Shown: one piece after another, positions 35,758 to 46,135 of the stretch
How the letters are laid out: every line of letters begins with the position of its first letter
Numbering within the stretch: position 1 is the stretch's first letter
From: Roseiflexus sp.
Lineage (GTDB): Bacteria > Chloroflexota > Chloroflexia > Chloroflexales > Roseiflexaceae
DNA length: 64,000 bases
NCBI GenBank assembly: GCA_017743475.1
Contig: JAGHYV010000002.1
Location: 13,844-77,843 of the forward strand
Direction of reading: 5' to 3'
Position numbers and translations under genes: made by a program
Notes under the pieces: model-generated
Database searches by the model: none
What the model was told of the DNA's origin: nothing
The model's input: the letters and a program-made list of their open reading frames with translations, nothing else

Positions 35758-38439
35758 ATGGGTATGACCCTGTTTCTGTTGGGTTTGCTGATCAGCGGCA
35801 GCGCAGCGATTGTTCTGGCGTTTGTCATCCTGCAGCATCGTGAAGCCAATAGCGCTCTTCCCTTTGCGCTGGTGATGATTGCCAGCGCAATCTGGGCGTG
35901 GGGCTATGCCCTGCAGATCAGCGCAGTATCTCCCGATCTTGCCCTGCTCGCTGTGCGGATCAGGTACATTGGTCTTCTTGCCGTCCCACCGTGCTGGCTC
36001 TGGTTTACGCTGATCTACACCGAAACTATTGCGCGCCTGACGAAGAAACAGGTGGCGATGCTGGCATTTTTCCCGGTGTTGACCTTTGTGGTGAACATTA
36101 CCAATGACTGGCATCATCTCTTCTACCGGCGTATCAACGTGATGTCACCCGGTTCGTCGCTCGCTGTAACCTTTGAATACGGTCCCTGGTACTGGCTCAA
36201 CGTTGGCTATTCATACCTGGTGGTGCTGATCGGACTCTGGGTGCTGATCCGGTTCTGGGGGCGGGCGCTGCGTCTTCATCGCATGCCGATCGCCGTGACA
36301 GTCGGCGGGTTGTTCTTTCTGATGGCCATCGGGTTGATCTTCTATATCAGCCGCCAGTTTGCTGGTGTCTTCGACATCACACCGCTATTGCTGCCGGTGA
36401 ATGGAATATTGCTCTACCTGGCATTGTTCCGACCCAGGCTGTTTGATGCGCATCCCGTCGCCTATACGCACCTGTTCGAGCAGTTGAACGACGGAGTGCT
36501 GGTGTTCAATATACAGGGCAAGGTGATCGATTGCAATCCAGCAGCATACCGTCTGCTCGGTCTGACGAATCCCATCGGGCAACCGGTTCAACTCGTTCTG
36601 CAGCATATCCCCCAGCTGGCGCAAATCGGTTCGGGTGTTCTGCTCGAAGAGCCGCTTCGTCTGGAGTACAATGAACAGGTGCTTGATGTGCGCTTGACCA
36701 TCCTGCGTGACCGCCGTGGACAGCAGAGCGGATATATGCTGGTTGCGCGCGATGTCTCAGAGCAGTGGCGAACGCAACAAGCGCTTGCCGAAAGCGAAGC
36801 CATGCTGCGCGAAGAACGTCGTCTGTTCATCGGCGGACCGACGGTGATCTTTCGCTGGGAAGCTCGACGCGACTGGCCCGTCTCATACGTCTCCCCCAAT
36901 GTTCAGGAGCAGTTTGGATATGCGCCGGAAGATTTCACTGCGCACAGACTCAGCTATCCCTCGTTGATCCATCCAGAGGATTATGTGCGGATCAACCGCG
37001 AAATTGTCCATTACCTGCACCAAAAGACACTCTGGTTTCGCCGGGAGTATCGCCTGATGCACGCCGATGGCGAGTATCGCTGGGTCGATGATTATACATC
37101 TGTCGTGTACAACGATCAGGGGAAGCCGGTCTATTTCCTCGGTTATATTCTCGATGTCACCAATCAGAAGCGTGCCGAAGCCGAGCGCCTGGAAATGGAA
37201 CGTCAGTTTCAGCACACCCAAAAACTGGAAAGTCTTGGCGTGCTGGCAAGCGGCGTGGCGCACGACTTCAATAATCTGTTGACGGCCATTCTCGGCAACC
37301 TCGACCTTGCGCTCCTGACCCTTTCCCGCAACGACCCCGCCGCTCAACCGATTCGCAATGCGATGCTGGCAACGCGCTACGCAGCCGGATTGACGCGCCA
37401 GTTGCTGGCGTATGCTGGCAAGGGAAATTACCAGGTTTCCGATGTCAATTTGACCGAGATAGTGCAGGGTATGGCAGCAATGCTGCGGGTCTCGGTCGGC
37501 AAACAGGCGCGCCTGGAACTCCATCTCGCTCCTAACCTGCCGGTCTTTCAGGCGGACCCGTCGCACATCCAGCAGATCGTGCTCAACCTCATCCTCAACG
37601 CCGCTGAGTCGCTCCCTTCCGGCGAAGGCACAATTACAGTGCGCACAGATGTCTGCGATTGCGATGAAGCGTTTTTGAAGCGCAACCGTATCAACAACCA
37701 GGCGCCGCCGGGTCGCTACCTGCTGCTGGAAGTCGCCGATACCGGATGCGGCATGGACGAACGTACCCAGCGGCGTATGTTCGATCCCTTCTTCACCACC
37801 AAATCAGTCGGGCGGGGATTGGGCATGTCGGCGATCCTGGGCATCGTCCGGCGCCACCACGGCGCGATCATCGTCGATAGCGCTCCCGGTTGTGGAACAA
37901 CGATCACCGTGCTTTTTCCGCCATCTCGCGTTGAGCGCGACAGCAGCGCAGATCGTGATCGGGAATCGTTGCCGCCCGTCCCGTCCACGACCGTTCTGGT
38001 TGTCGATGACGAAGCCGACGTGCGCGATGTCACTGCGCGACTGCTCACCCATCTCGGCTTTCGTGTCGTCGTGGTTGCGGACGGCGCTTCCGCGCTTCAA
38101 GCGTTGCAGGAACAGTCTTCAGAGATTGTGTGCGTCCTGCTCGATGCGAACCTGGCGGGTATGGATGCGCCGACCACCCTGCGTGAACTACGCGCGCTTG
38201 CTCCCCACATGCCTGTGGTTGTATCGAGCGGGTACAGTCAGCATGAAGTGTTGCAACGCTTTGCGGGCCAGACGATTGAAGGGTTTATTCAAAAACCGTA
38301 TCAGATGTCCGAGTTATACGGCGTTCTTCAGCATGCGCTGCGGCAGTTCCCGACGATCACCGTTGCTGATCAGCCTTCAGCCGCTGATGCAGCCCCTGCA
38401 ACGCCAGAAACGCCGGGCGCGGACTCCAGTCCGGATTGA
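35758..38439 (+). CDS. Hybrid sensor histidine kinase (7TM sensor, PAS/PAC, HisKA, HATPase, receiver)
   Basis: 7 TM N-terminus; GVAHDFNNLL H-box; NAAES, DTGCGM, FFTTK and GRGLG; REC VVDDE...VLLD...FIQKP. Confidence 0.92.
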   Translation: MGMTLFLLGLLISGSAAIVLAFVILQHREANSALPFALVMIASAIWAWGYALQISAVSPDLALLAVRIRYIGLLAVPPCWLWFTLIYTETIARLTKKQVAMLAFFPVLTFVVNITNDWHHLFYRRINVMSPGSSLAVTFEYGPWYWLNVGYSYLVVLIGLWVLIRFWGRALRLHRMPIAVTVGGLFFLMAIGLIFYISRQFAGVFDITPLLLPVNGILLYLALFRPRLFDAHPVAYTHLFEQLNDGVLVFNIQGKVIDCNPAAYRLLGLTNPIGQPVQLVLQHIPQLAQIGSGVLLEEPLRLEYNEQVLDVRLTILRDRRGQQSGYMLVARDVSEQWRTQQALAESEAMLREERRLFIGGPTVIFRWEARRDWPVSYVSPNVQEQFGYAPEDFTAHRLSYPSLIHPEDYVRINREIVHYLHQKTLWFRREYRLMHADGEYRWVDDYTSVVYNDQGKPVYFLGYILDVTNQKRAEAERLEMERQFQHTQKLESLGVLASGVAHDFNNLLTAILGNLDLALLTLSRNDPAAQPIRNAMLATRYAAGLTRQLLAYAGKGNYQVSDVNLTEIVQGMAAMLRVSVGKQARLELHLAPNLPVFQADPSHIQQIVLNLILNAAESLPSGEGTITVRTDVCDCDEAFLKRNRINNQAPPGRYLLLEVADTGCGMDERTQRRMFDPFFTTKSVGRGLGMSAILGIVRRHHGAIIVDSAPGCGTTITVLFPPSRVERDSSADRDRESLPPVPSTTVLVVDDEADVRDVTARLLTHLGFRVVVVADGASALQALQEQSSEIVCVLLDANLAGMDAPTTLRELRALAPHMPVVVSSGYSQHEVLQRFAGQTIEGFIQKPYQMSELYGVLQHALRQFPTITVADQPSAADAAPATPETPGADSSPD

Positions 38440-39625
38440 GGATGCTGAACGACGCCTGCTCGTGTTGTGGGTTTCCCTGCGCTCCCCAGAGAACCGAAAA
38501 GTTCATATTCTACAAAAACATCGCCCCGACCTATGGACGTCCCTGCTTATCACGGTACTGTTCATACACCCGCGTGATGGCGCGGATGATGTAGTCTGCC
38601 TGATCCTCAAATGTCAACAGATTGCCGAACTCGAACCCTGGAGTCGTGTTAGGCGTCGCCCATCCATACTCGGTAATCCAGATCTGCCGATCACCGAGAC
38701 CATGCTCGATCATCAGGGCGCGCACATTCTCGACGTGGCGAAAGTAGTGGGTCGGGTGATCATTCCATCCCGGACGGTTGCCCGGAAGATCGGGGTAGAG
38801 CCAGTCGGGCGAGTTCGCCGCGCCGCCGGGATGCACTGCCTGCGCATCGAAATAGTCGCGGATCATGCCGTCTTTGTAGGTATACATCGCGCGCAGGTAA
38901 TCAATGTCAGGAACCGCGCGGTTTGGATCGAACACGCCAGTGGACGCTGGTGCAGCAGCCAGCACATATACATTGGGATTGATCGCCTTAATGCGACGGT
39001 AGCATTCTGCAAGCAACTCGACGTATCGCCCCGGATCGTCAGGGGTCACCCGACCGCCGTTTTCGACTGCCAGGTTCGGTTCGTTCCAGATTTCAACGGC
39101 AGCAATCCGATTACCGTAGCGTTCCACCATGGCTGCCACAAAATTTCCCATGACAACCGGATCGTGCGGTTTGCCGCCATTCCCCGGCGCATAGAATGGT
39201 GGCGACTGCACAATGTTGATCAGTAGTTGGGTGTCGCTGGCTGCCACGTCGGCAACGATATGGTCGAGTTCATCCCAGTAGTAGACACCTGGCGCTGCTT
39301 CGATGTCCTTCCAGTGCACCTGCTGACGCACCCAATCGAAACCGGCAATGTTCGTCAGCATCAACACCCGACTGCGATATAGTACAGGTGCACCACTACG
39401 CCAAATTCCAGTGCAGATGTGCGCAGAAAACGCGTTTGCGGCGCTGCTGTCCCGGCTGTATTTGTGGGTGTGGGCGATACCTGCATTGCGTTGTGGCGTT
39501 GGTCGCGTTGTGGTTGTCGGACGCATCTCACCCAACCCTGGTTGGGTCAACGGATTCGTCGTCGATGATCCACAGGCGACAAGCCATCCGAACATCAGCA
39601 GCAAACAGATCAAATGAGTGTTATG
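38357..39625 (-). pseudogene. GH5-like (cellulase-family) lipoprotein, inactivated
   Basis: Lipobox LVAC, WVRQQVHWKDIE, VEIWNEPN and IWITEYGW. LEFGVVVHLYY sits in another frame (frameshift near 39375). Two TAG codons (38531-38533, 38510-38512) replace Trp in P*VGAMFL*NMNF, and the frame runs on to TGA at 38357. Confidence 0.8.
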
Positions 39626-39764
39626 ATGTATCAGATATTCTTGTTGCACGCCGCTCTGCAAATGTGACGCAACGTTCAGAACGTTTCTTCTGTAATTGCG
39701 AATAAGCCTCTTTGCTGGCAGGAGTTCCCCAGATGAAAGATGAAAAAAGGTGCACGCTGTGATG

Positions 39765-40988
39765 TTACTCCTCGTGCCATGACCATTGACCACCTAAAAT
39801 GAGGGCACCAAATCGTTCGCTCCCGTCTCTGTTATGCACAACAAAATGATAGAGGCGGTCATGGTGATCGTAGGGATGCAGCATCGTCTCATCGTACACT
39901 GCTGCGCTGAGGAGGTACCGCCCCGCCAGCAACGGCAGTGCTGCCACGCGCATATCAACCACTCCCTCGCCACGCACTGCAGGAATGTCCAGTCCGGCAA
40001 ACAGGGTATTCGGTCCGGCCAGAAGCGTACCGCTTTCGTGATGGATCGCTAGCCCGAACACTGGTCGTGGCACGGTTTGATGAGCGCGATACCGGACTCG
40101 GAACGTCACTGGCGCACCGGTAAGGGCGATCGGGCATGCAACGCCTTCCGCATTGAGCAGTTCCACACCGATGATCTCAACCTCGCGCGACCCGAAACGG
40201 CGTGTCGGGTCAATGCTCAGCGCGTCCATCTGTGCCAGTGATTCGTATTCACGTCGGTTCACATCGGCAAGATAGGCATCGATCACCTCCCCAGTTGCAC
40301 CGATCGCACGGACAACGCCACGGTCGAGCCACACTGCGCGATCGCACAGGGTACGCACTGTGTCGAGCGCGTGCGAAACGAAAATAATCGTTTTCCCGGC
40401 ATGACGAAACCTCAAGATACGATCCATGCATTTGCGCTGGAACGCTTCATCACCGACCGCCAGCACTTCATCCGTGATCAGGATGTCGGGGTCTACTGCC
40501 GTTGCCACAGCGAACGCCAGGCGTGTGTACATACCGGAGGAATAATGTTTAACTGGCAGATCGAGAAAATCTTCCATCTCGGCAAACGCGACGATCGCAT
40601 CCAGCCGTGCGGCCATCTCGCGTCGGCTAAGACCCATGAGCGAACCGTAGAGAAACACATTGTCTCGTCCGCTCAATTCGGGGTGGAAACCGCTGCCGAG
40701 TTCGAGCAGGGCAGCAACTCGTCCTCGCAATCGCACCCGCCCCAAAGTTGGCTCAAGGATGCGCGTCATCAACTTGAGCGCCGTGCTCTTTCCGGCGCCA
40801 TTATGCCCGATCAGCCCAAAACTTTCGCCGCGCTCCACCGTAAAACTGACATCGCGCAGCGCCCAGAACTCATCCCGGAGTGTGCGCGGACGGAAGACCC
40901 CGAATAGACGCTCGCGTAAGGTGGTATGGCGCTCATGCTGGAGCAGAAAACGTTTCGAGACGTTGTCGAACTCGATCACTGCGCTCAT
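39765..40988 (-). CDS. Wzt-like polysaccharide ABC transporter ATP-binding protein with Wzt_C domain
   Basis: GHNGAGKST, YSSGM and DEVLAVGD; C-terminal GPNT...LLAGRY; GGAGG RBS before ATG 40988. Confidence 0.9.
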   Translation of the reverse strand: MSAVIEFDNVSKRFLLQHERHTTLRERLFGVFRPRTLRDEFWALRDVSFTVERGESFGLIGHNGAGKSTALKLMTRILEPTLGRVRLRGRVAALLELGSGFHPELSGRDNVFLYGSLMGLSRREMAARLDAIVAFAEMEDFLDLPVKHYSSGMYTRLAFAVATAVDPDILITDEVLAVGDEAFQRKCMDRILRFRHAGKTIIFVSHALDTVRTLCDRAVWLDRGVVRAIGATGEVIDAYLADVNRREYESLAQMDALSIDPTRRFGSREVEIIGVELLNAEGVACPIALTGAPVTFRVRYRAHQTVPRPVFGLAIHHESGTLLAGPNTLFAGLDIPAVRGEGVVDMRVAALPLLAGRYLLSAAVYDETMLHPYDHHDRLYHFVVHNRDGSERFGALILGGQWSWHEE

Positions 40989-41046
40989 CGCGCTTCCTCC
41001 CGTCGTTTCCGAAAGCCGCATTCGTTTATCTCCCGCTAGATGGCGC

Positions 41047-41111
41047 ATAGTACTGCCAACATCACCTCGTGTCAACCAGAGTTGACACGACTCTGCGCTT
41101 TGTGCTACATT
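41047..41111. promoter_or_regulatory. Back-to-back divergent sigma70 promoters built on a 10-4-10 palindrome
   Basis: TCGTGTCAAC-CAGA-GTTGACACGA (41067-41090). Minus strand: TTGACA-17-TACTAT (41052-41047). Plus strand: TTGACA (41082)-18-TACATT with TGn. Confidence 0.7.
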
Positions 41112-41137
41112 CAGGGTCAAGCGCTCAGAGTTGTGCA

Positions 41138-42098
41138 ATGAACCGTAACCGTCAGTCCGACAGGGATTCCTCTGTGCACGCGGATGTCGAAACCCTTTTC
41201 TCGAAAAATGGGCAGACCGTTGCCGCGCTGGCGCGTTCGATCCTCGAACGCATTCCGGGGGATCGGATTACACGCGTTCATGAGTATGCTGCACGACTGG
41301 ATGCCAGTGCTGGGACAGTTCAGGCAGCGCTGAACTACCTGACGTCGGTCGGTGCGGTTCGTCTCGAAGCGCGTGGTCGGCTTGGCACCTATGTCCATTG
41401 CTATCGAGTACCCGTTACTCTGGTCACTGGCAATGCGTCGTCCGCTGGTGGGTGCGCTGCCGCTGATCTACTCGCGCCGCCTGGCCGGGCTGGCAACTGG
41501 CCTGCGCACTCAGTTTGACCGCCTGCCAGTCGACCTGGAACTGCGTTTCATCCGTGGTTCAGGGCAACGAGTGCAGATGTTGATGATGCAGCAGTGCGAT
41601 TGGGCGCTCCTCTCACGCCACGCAGCGTTGCTTAGCCCCGAAATCGATGTGGTTGCCGAACTGGGCGATGAAACCTATATGGCGCACTACGTTCTGTTGC
41701 TGCACAATGCCTCGGGGTCTGGCATTCACGATGGTATGCAGATTGGCATCGATCCCTCGTTGAGCGATCATGCCTTCATTGTTCGTGCTATTTGTCGCGG
41801 GCGGAGTGTCGAATTTGTCGAGATCGACGACGCAAAAGAGCTGCACCTGGTGATGAATGGCGTTATCGATGGAACGGTCTGGAGTTGCGAGGATGTGCTG
41901 GGTACGGTTCGTGACCTGACAGTCATCCCCCTGAGTATGGACGAGTATCCAGAACTTGCTGCGCTCGGTGTGGCAACGCTGGTTGTCGATAAAGGCAATC
42001 GCGCCGTTGCTTCAGTGCTTTGCGCTGCAATCGATGCGATGGAACTGCGTGAGATCTAGCAGGAGGTGCTGGATCGGCGGCGCCCGCCTGCATACTGA
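41138..42098 (+). pseudogene. YhfZ-family GntR-like regulator, frameshifted with a premature stop
   Basis: LFSKNG...GTVQAALNYL...LEARGRLGTY shifts frame at ~41395 into IEYPLLW...PLIYSRRLAGLATGL...RGSGQRVQ. TAG at 42057-42059 is followed by QEVLDRRRPPAY*. Confidence 0.8.
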
Positions 42099-42109
42099 AC
42101 GAGAGGATT

Positions 42110-43123
42110 ATGACAGACCTGGCGCTTACTGGGGTTGCGGAAGCGTGGGCGGCAGCGCAGCGTTCTCGCCGCAAGCCGCTGGCACCGTCCACTGTCGAAA
42201 CCTACTGTGACGCATGGCGCTCATTCGCGCTATGGGCGCAGCGTGAAGGACGGCGCACTGTCGCCGATATCCGTGCAACCGACCTGGGAGCCTGGATCGA
42301 ATCACTGACTGATCTGGCAGACGGAACGGTGTTGACCTATGGTCACGGGGCGCTGGCAATCTGCAAATTCCTTGCCGATCGCGGTTGCCTTCAGTGTGAT
42401 CTAGCGCTGGTTCGTCTGCACCTGCGTGACGCCCTTCCCCGCGCCTACGCAAGTCGCGCGCCTGATGTCCCCGATCTGCGCAGACTGGTCTCATTCTACG
42501 ATGGTGAATTACCGCCAGTCGAACCAGGGCGCCGCGGTGAGCGTGATCGGCTCAACAGGCTCCGCAATGCTGCGCTTCTGCACACCCTCTTTTCTACCGG
42601 TGCGCGCATCTCCGAAGTGTTGAGCCTGAATGTGGATGATGTTCTCACCGACGATGGCAGTGTCGCCCCCCGCGCATTCGTGGTCGGAAAAGGACAACGA
42701 CGACGCGCCATTTTTTTGCGTGACCATGCGCAGCGAGCAATTGCGCGCTACCTGACGGTGAGACGCACTGCCTTTCCCCACGCCGAAGCGCTCTTCATTT
42801 CGCACGGACCGCGCGGCGCTGGCGGGCGCCTGGGGCGTATTGCCGCCTGGAGTATTGTGACCGATGCGGCGAGTGCCATTGCCAGTCAGGTCGAGCGGGA
42901 AGGGCGCACCCGTGAAGCGCGCGCGCTGCGTACTGTTACGCCACATACGTTTCGGCATTTTGTTGCGACCTGGTTGCTCAACGAAGGCGTACAACTCTCC
43001 GAAGTCTCGGCGATCCTGGGGCATGCCAATACCCGGATCACTGAGCAGTACTATGCGCGTCACACTGATGAACGATTACAGGAGCTGCATGACCAGTTCG
43101 CGCCGGATCCGGAATCGTTATAA
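42110..43123 (+). CDS. Tyrosine recombinase (XerC-like/phage integrase family)
   Basis: RNAALL...STGARISE, GKG, HTFRH, LGH and C-terminal YY; GAGAGGA RBS. Confidence 0.88.
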   Translation: MTDLALTGVAEAWAAAQRSRRKPLAPSTVETYCDAWRSFALWAQREGRRTVADIRATDLGAWIESLTDLADGTVLTYGHGALAICKFLADRGCLQCDLALVRLHLRDALPRAYASRAPDVPDLRRLVSFYDGELPPVEPGRRGERDRLNRLRNAALLHTLFSTGARISEVLSLNVDDVLTDDGSVAPRAFVVGKGQRRRAIFLRDHAQRAIARYLTVRRTAFPHAEALFISHGPRGAGGRLGRIAAWSIVTDAASAIASQVEREGRTREARALRTVTPHTFRHFVATWLLNEGVQLSEVSAILGHANTRITEQYYARHTDERLQELHDQFAPDPESL

Positions 43124-43139
43124 TTTTACCTGCCCTTAA

Positions 43140-44450
<1,311 letters not shown>

Positions 44451-44465
44451 TGAGTCTTGAGGAAT

Positions 44466-44646
44466 TATAGCAGTTCTCAGATACGTTGACCCTTGTCCAG
44501 GTCTGCTGTGTCGTACGAGACGCCCGCTTTCAGTGAAGTGTAGACTGAAATTCATTTCGGTCGCTACGCAGGGAGCGCAATGGTGATGATTGCGGTCGTC
44601 CGATGCAATCTTGTTCAACAGGTTCAACTCTACGAGAACTGCTATA
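44466..44646. mobile_element. 181-bp MITE
   Basis: Perfect 13-bp TIRs TATAGCAGTTCTC/GAGAACTGCTATA flanked by AAT on both sides; no ORF; partial copy at 1862. Confidence 0.8.
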
Positions 44647-44657
44647 AATCCGCCCTT

Positions 44658-44790
44658 GCCCGCGCGGGCGAGCTTTGTCCTGTAGATGTGAGAGCTTGTT
44701 TGGCAATTATTCCGCTTTCGCCCGCACGGGCAGGCTTTGCCCCGTAGAGTCGACGGCTTTAATCCCGTGACCAGTTCGAGATACTGGATT
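44658..44790 (+). repeat. Tandem REP-like units (partial 44658-44696, full 44720-44790)
   Basis: GCCCGCGCGGGCGAGCTTTG and GCCCGCACGGGCAGGCTTTG...GGCTTTAATCCCG...TTCGAGATACTGGATT, homologous to 3691-3763. Confidence 0.7.
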
Positions 44791-44809
44791 TGTTGCTCAA
44801 TCTTCACCG

Positions 44810-45987
44810 GTACTTGATCACATTGGTTGCTTTGGGTATCCTTTCCTCCTCTGCAAAATGCTCCAAAGGAAGATGTCTCGGCCCAAGACCAGTGACTCTG
44901 ACGGAGGAGCAGCGCGCTCACTTCCTGGCTTGACTAAAGGAGTGACCAAAGCGCAACCCTCGCCTGCGCCCCCGTCCTTCTGTTCTCAGCCGAAAGTAAA
45001 ACCGACGGCCCGATTGCCAATCTGCTCCAGGCAACCCCCGAAACTATGCGCAACATCTGCAAGCGGTGTGCTTCAGAGAGACGGGAAGCATCCCTACAGG
45101 AGTGTTCCCTCCCCGACGCCCAGCCGAAACCGGACGGCAAACAAGCAGCGTTGCTCGTAGCGCTGGCCTGCAGCGCGTCGCCGAAGGGCTGGAACTGCTG
45201 GACGATGCACCTTCTGGCTGACCGACTGGTGGAACTGGGAGTGGCAGCATCCATCTCCGACACAACGGTGTGCCGCGGGTGAAACCGAACGCACGCCCTG
45301 GCAGAAGCGGCAGCGATGCCTCGGACAGCGCACGTCTTAGTCGCTCTGGCAGATGGAAAATGGGCGCGAGCGCTCCGCCGCGCCCGACAATCCTCAGCGC
45401 CCGATGGTCTGCACAGACGCACGGCCATATCCATTGCTGGAGGAAGTTGGGAAGCCCCTGCCGATGGAACCAGACCAGCGCCAACGAGTGGATGATGCAT
45501 ACCAGCGCCACGGCGTCTGCGCCCTGTTTTCGTTTTTCCGACCTCTGAGCGGACGGCGGGCCGTCCACGTGACGGAGCAGCGGACGAACGAAGATGTTGC
45601 CCGGCAGATGCAGCGGCTGGTGGACGAGGCGTTTCCCGAAGCGGAGGTCATCCGGGTCGTGCTGGACAGCCTGAACGTCTATACGCCTGCTCTGGCGTAT
45701 CAGGCCTTCTTGCCGGAGGAAGCCCGACAGCTGACGCGGAGGTGGAAGTTCCATTTCACGTCGAAGCGCGGGAGTTGGCTGAATATGGTGGAAAGAGAAT
45801 GCTCCATTCCGTCCCGCCAGCGGCTGGGTCGGCGGCTGATGGAGAGAGCGAGCGCGCGCCAGCGGAGAGAGGCGTGGATGCAGGCGCGAAACACCGCCCG
45901 CTCCACCGTGGAATGGCGAGTTACCGCGGCCAATGCTTGGCGCAAGTTTCATCGCTTTGATCCTAAGTAATCAGGGTGGTCAAGTAC
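44810..45987 (+). mobile_element. IS630-family element, degenerate transposase
   Basis: HTH part LVALACS...WTMHLLADRLVELGV..SISDTTV and DDE part VCTD...VVLDSLN...SWLNMVERE lie in separate frames. Imperfect IRs GTACTTGATCACATTGGTTGCT/GTACTTGACCACCCTGATTACT (17/22); TA on the right flank only. Confidence 0.88.
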
Positions 45988-46135
45988 TAGCCTGCAGCCG
46001 ATTCGGCATACTGGATTATGTTCACAATCCTTATCAGCCCTACGGCCAGAACGTTATGAGCCAGCAGGCTCCTGGACGAACACCAGGTTATATTCTCAAC
46101 CTTCCTGAGAGAAACGAGGTTTCACTTTTCAACCT

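Noticed and set aside
38510-38533. Amber recoding (Pyl/Trp readthrough) of two TAG codons
   Set aside because: The same gene also has frameshifts and no pyl genes are in the window, so pseudogenisation is simpler.
37892-39226. 444-aa plus-strand ORF spanning the kinase end and GH gene
   Set aside because: Alternative frame of the kinase plus antisense of the GH5-like gene; no coherent domain.
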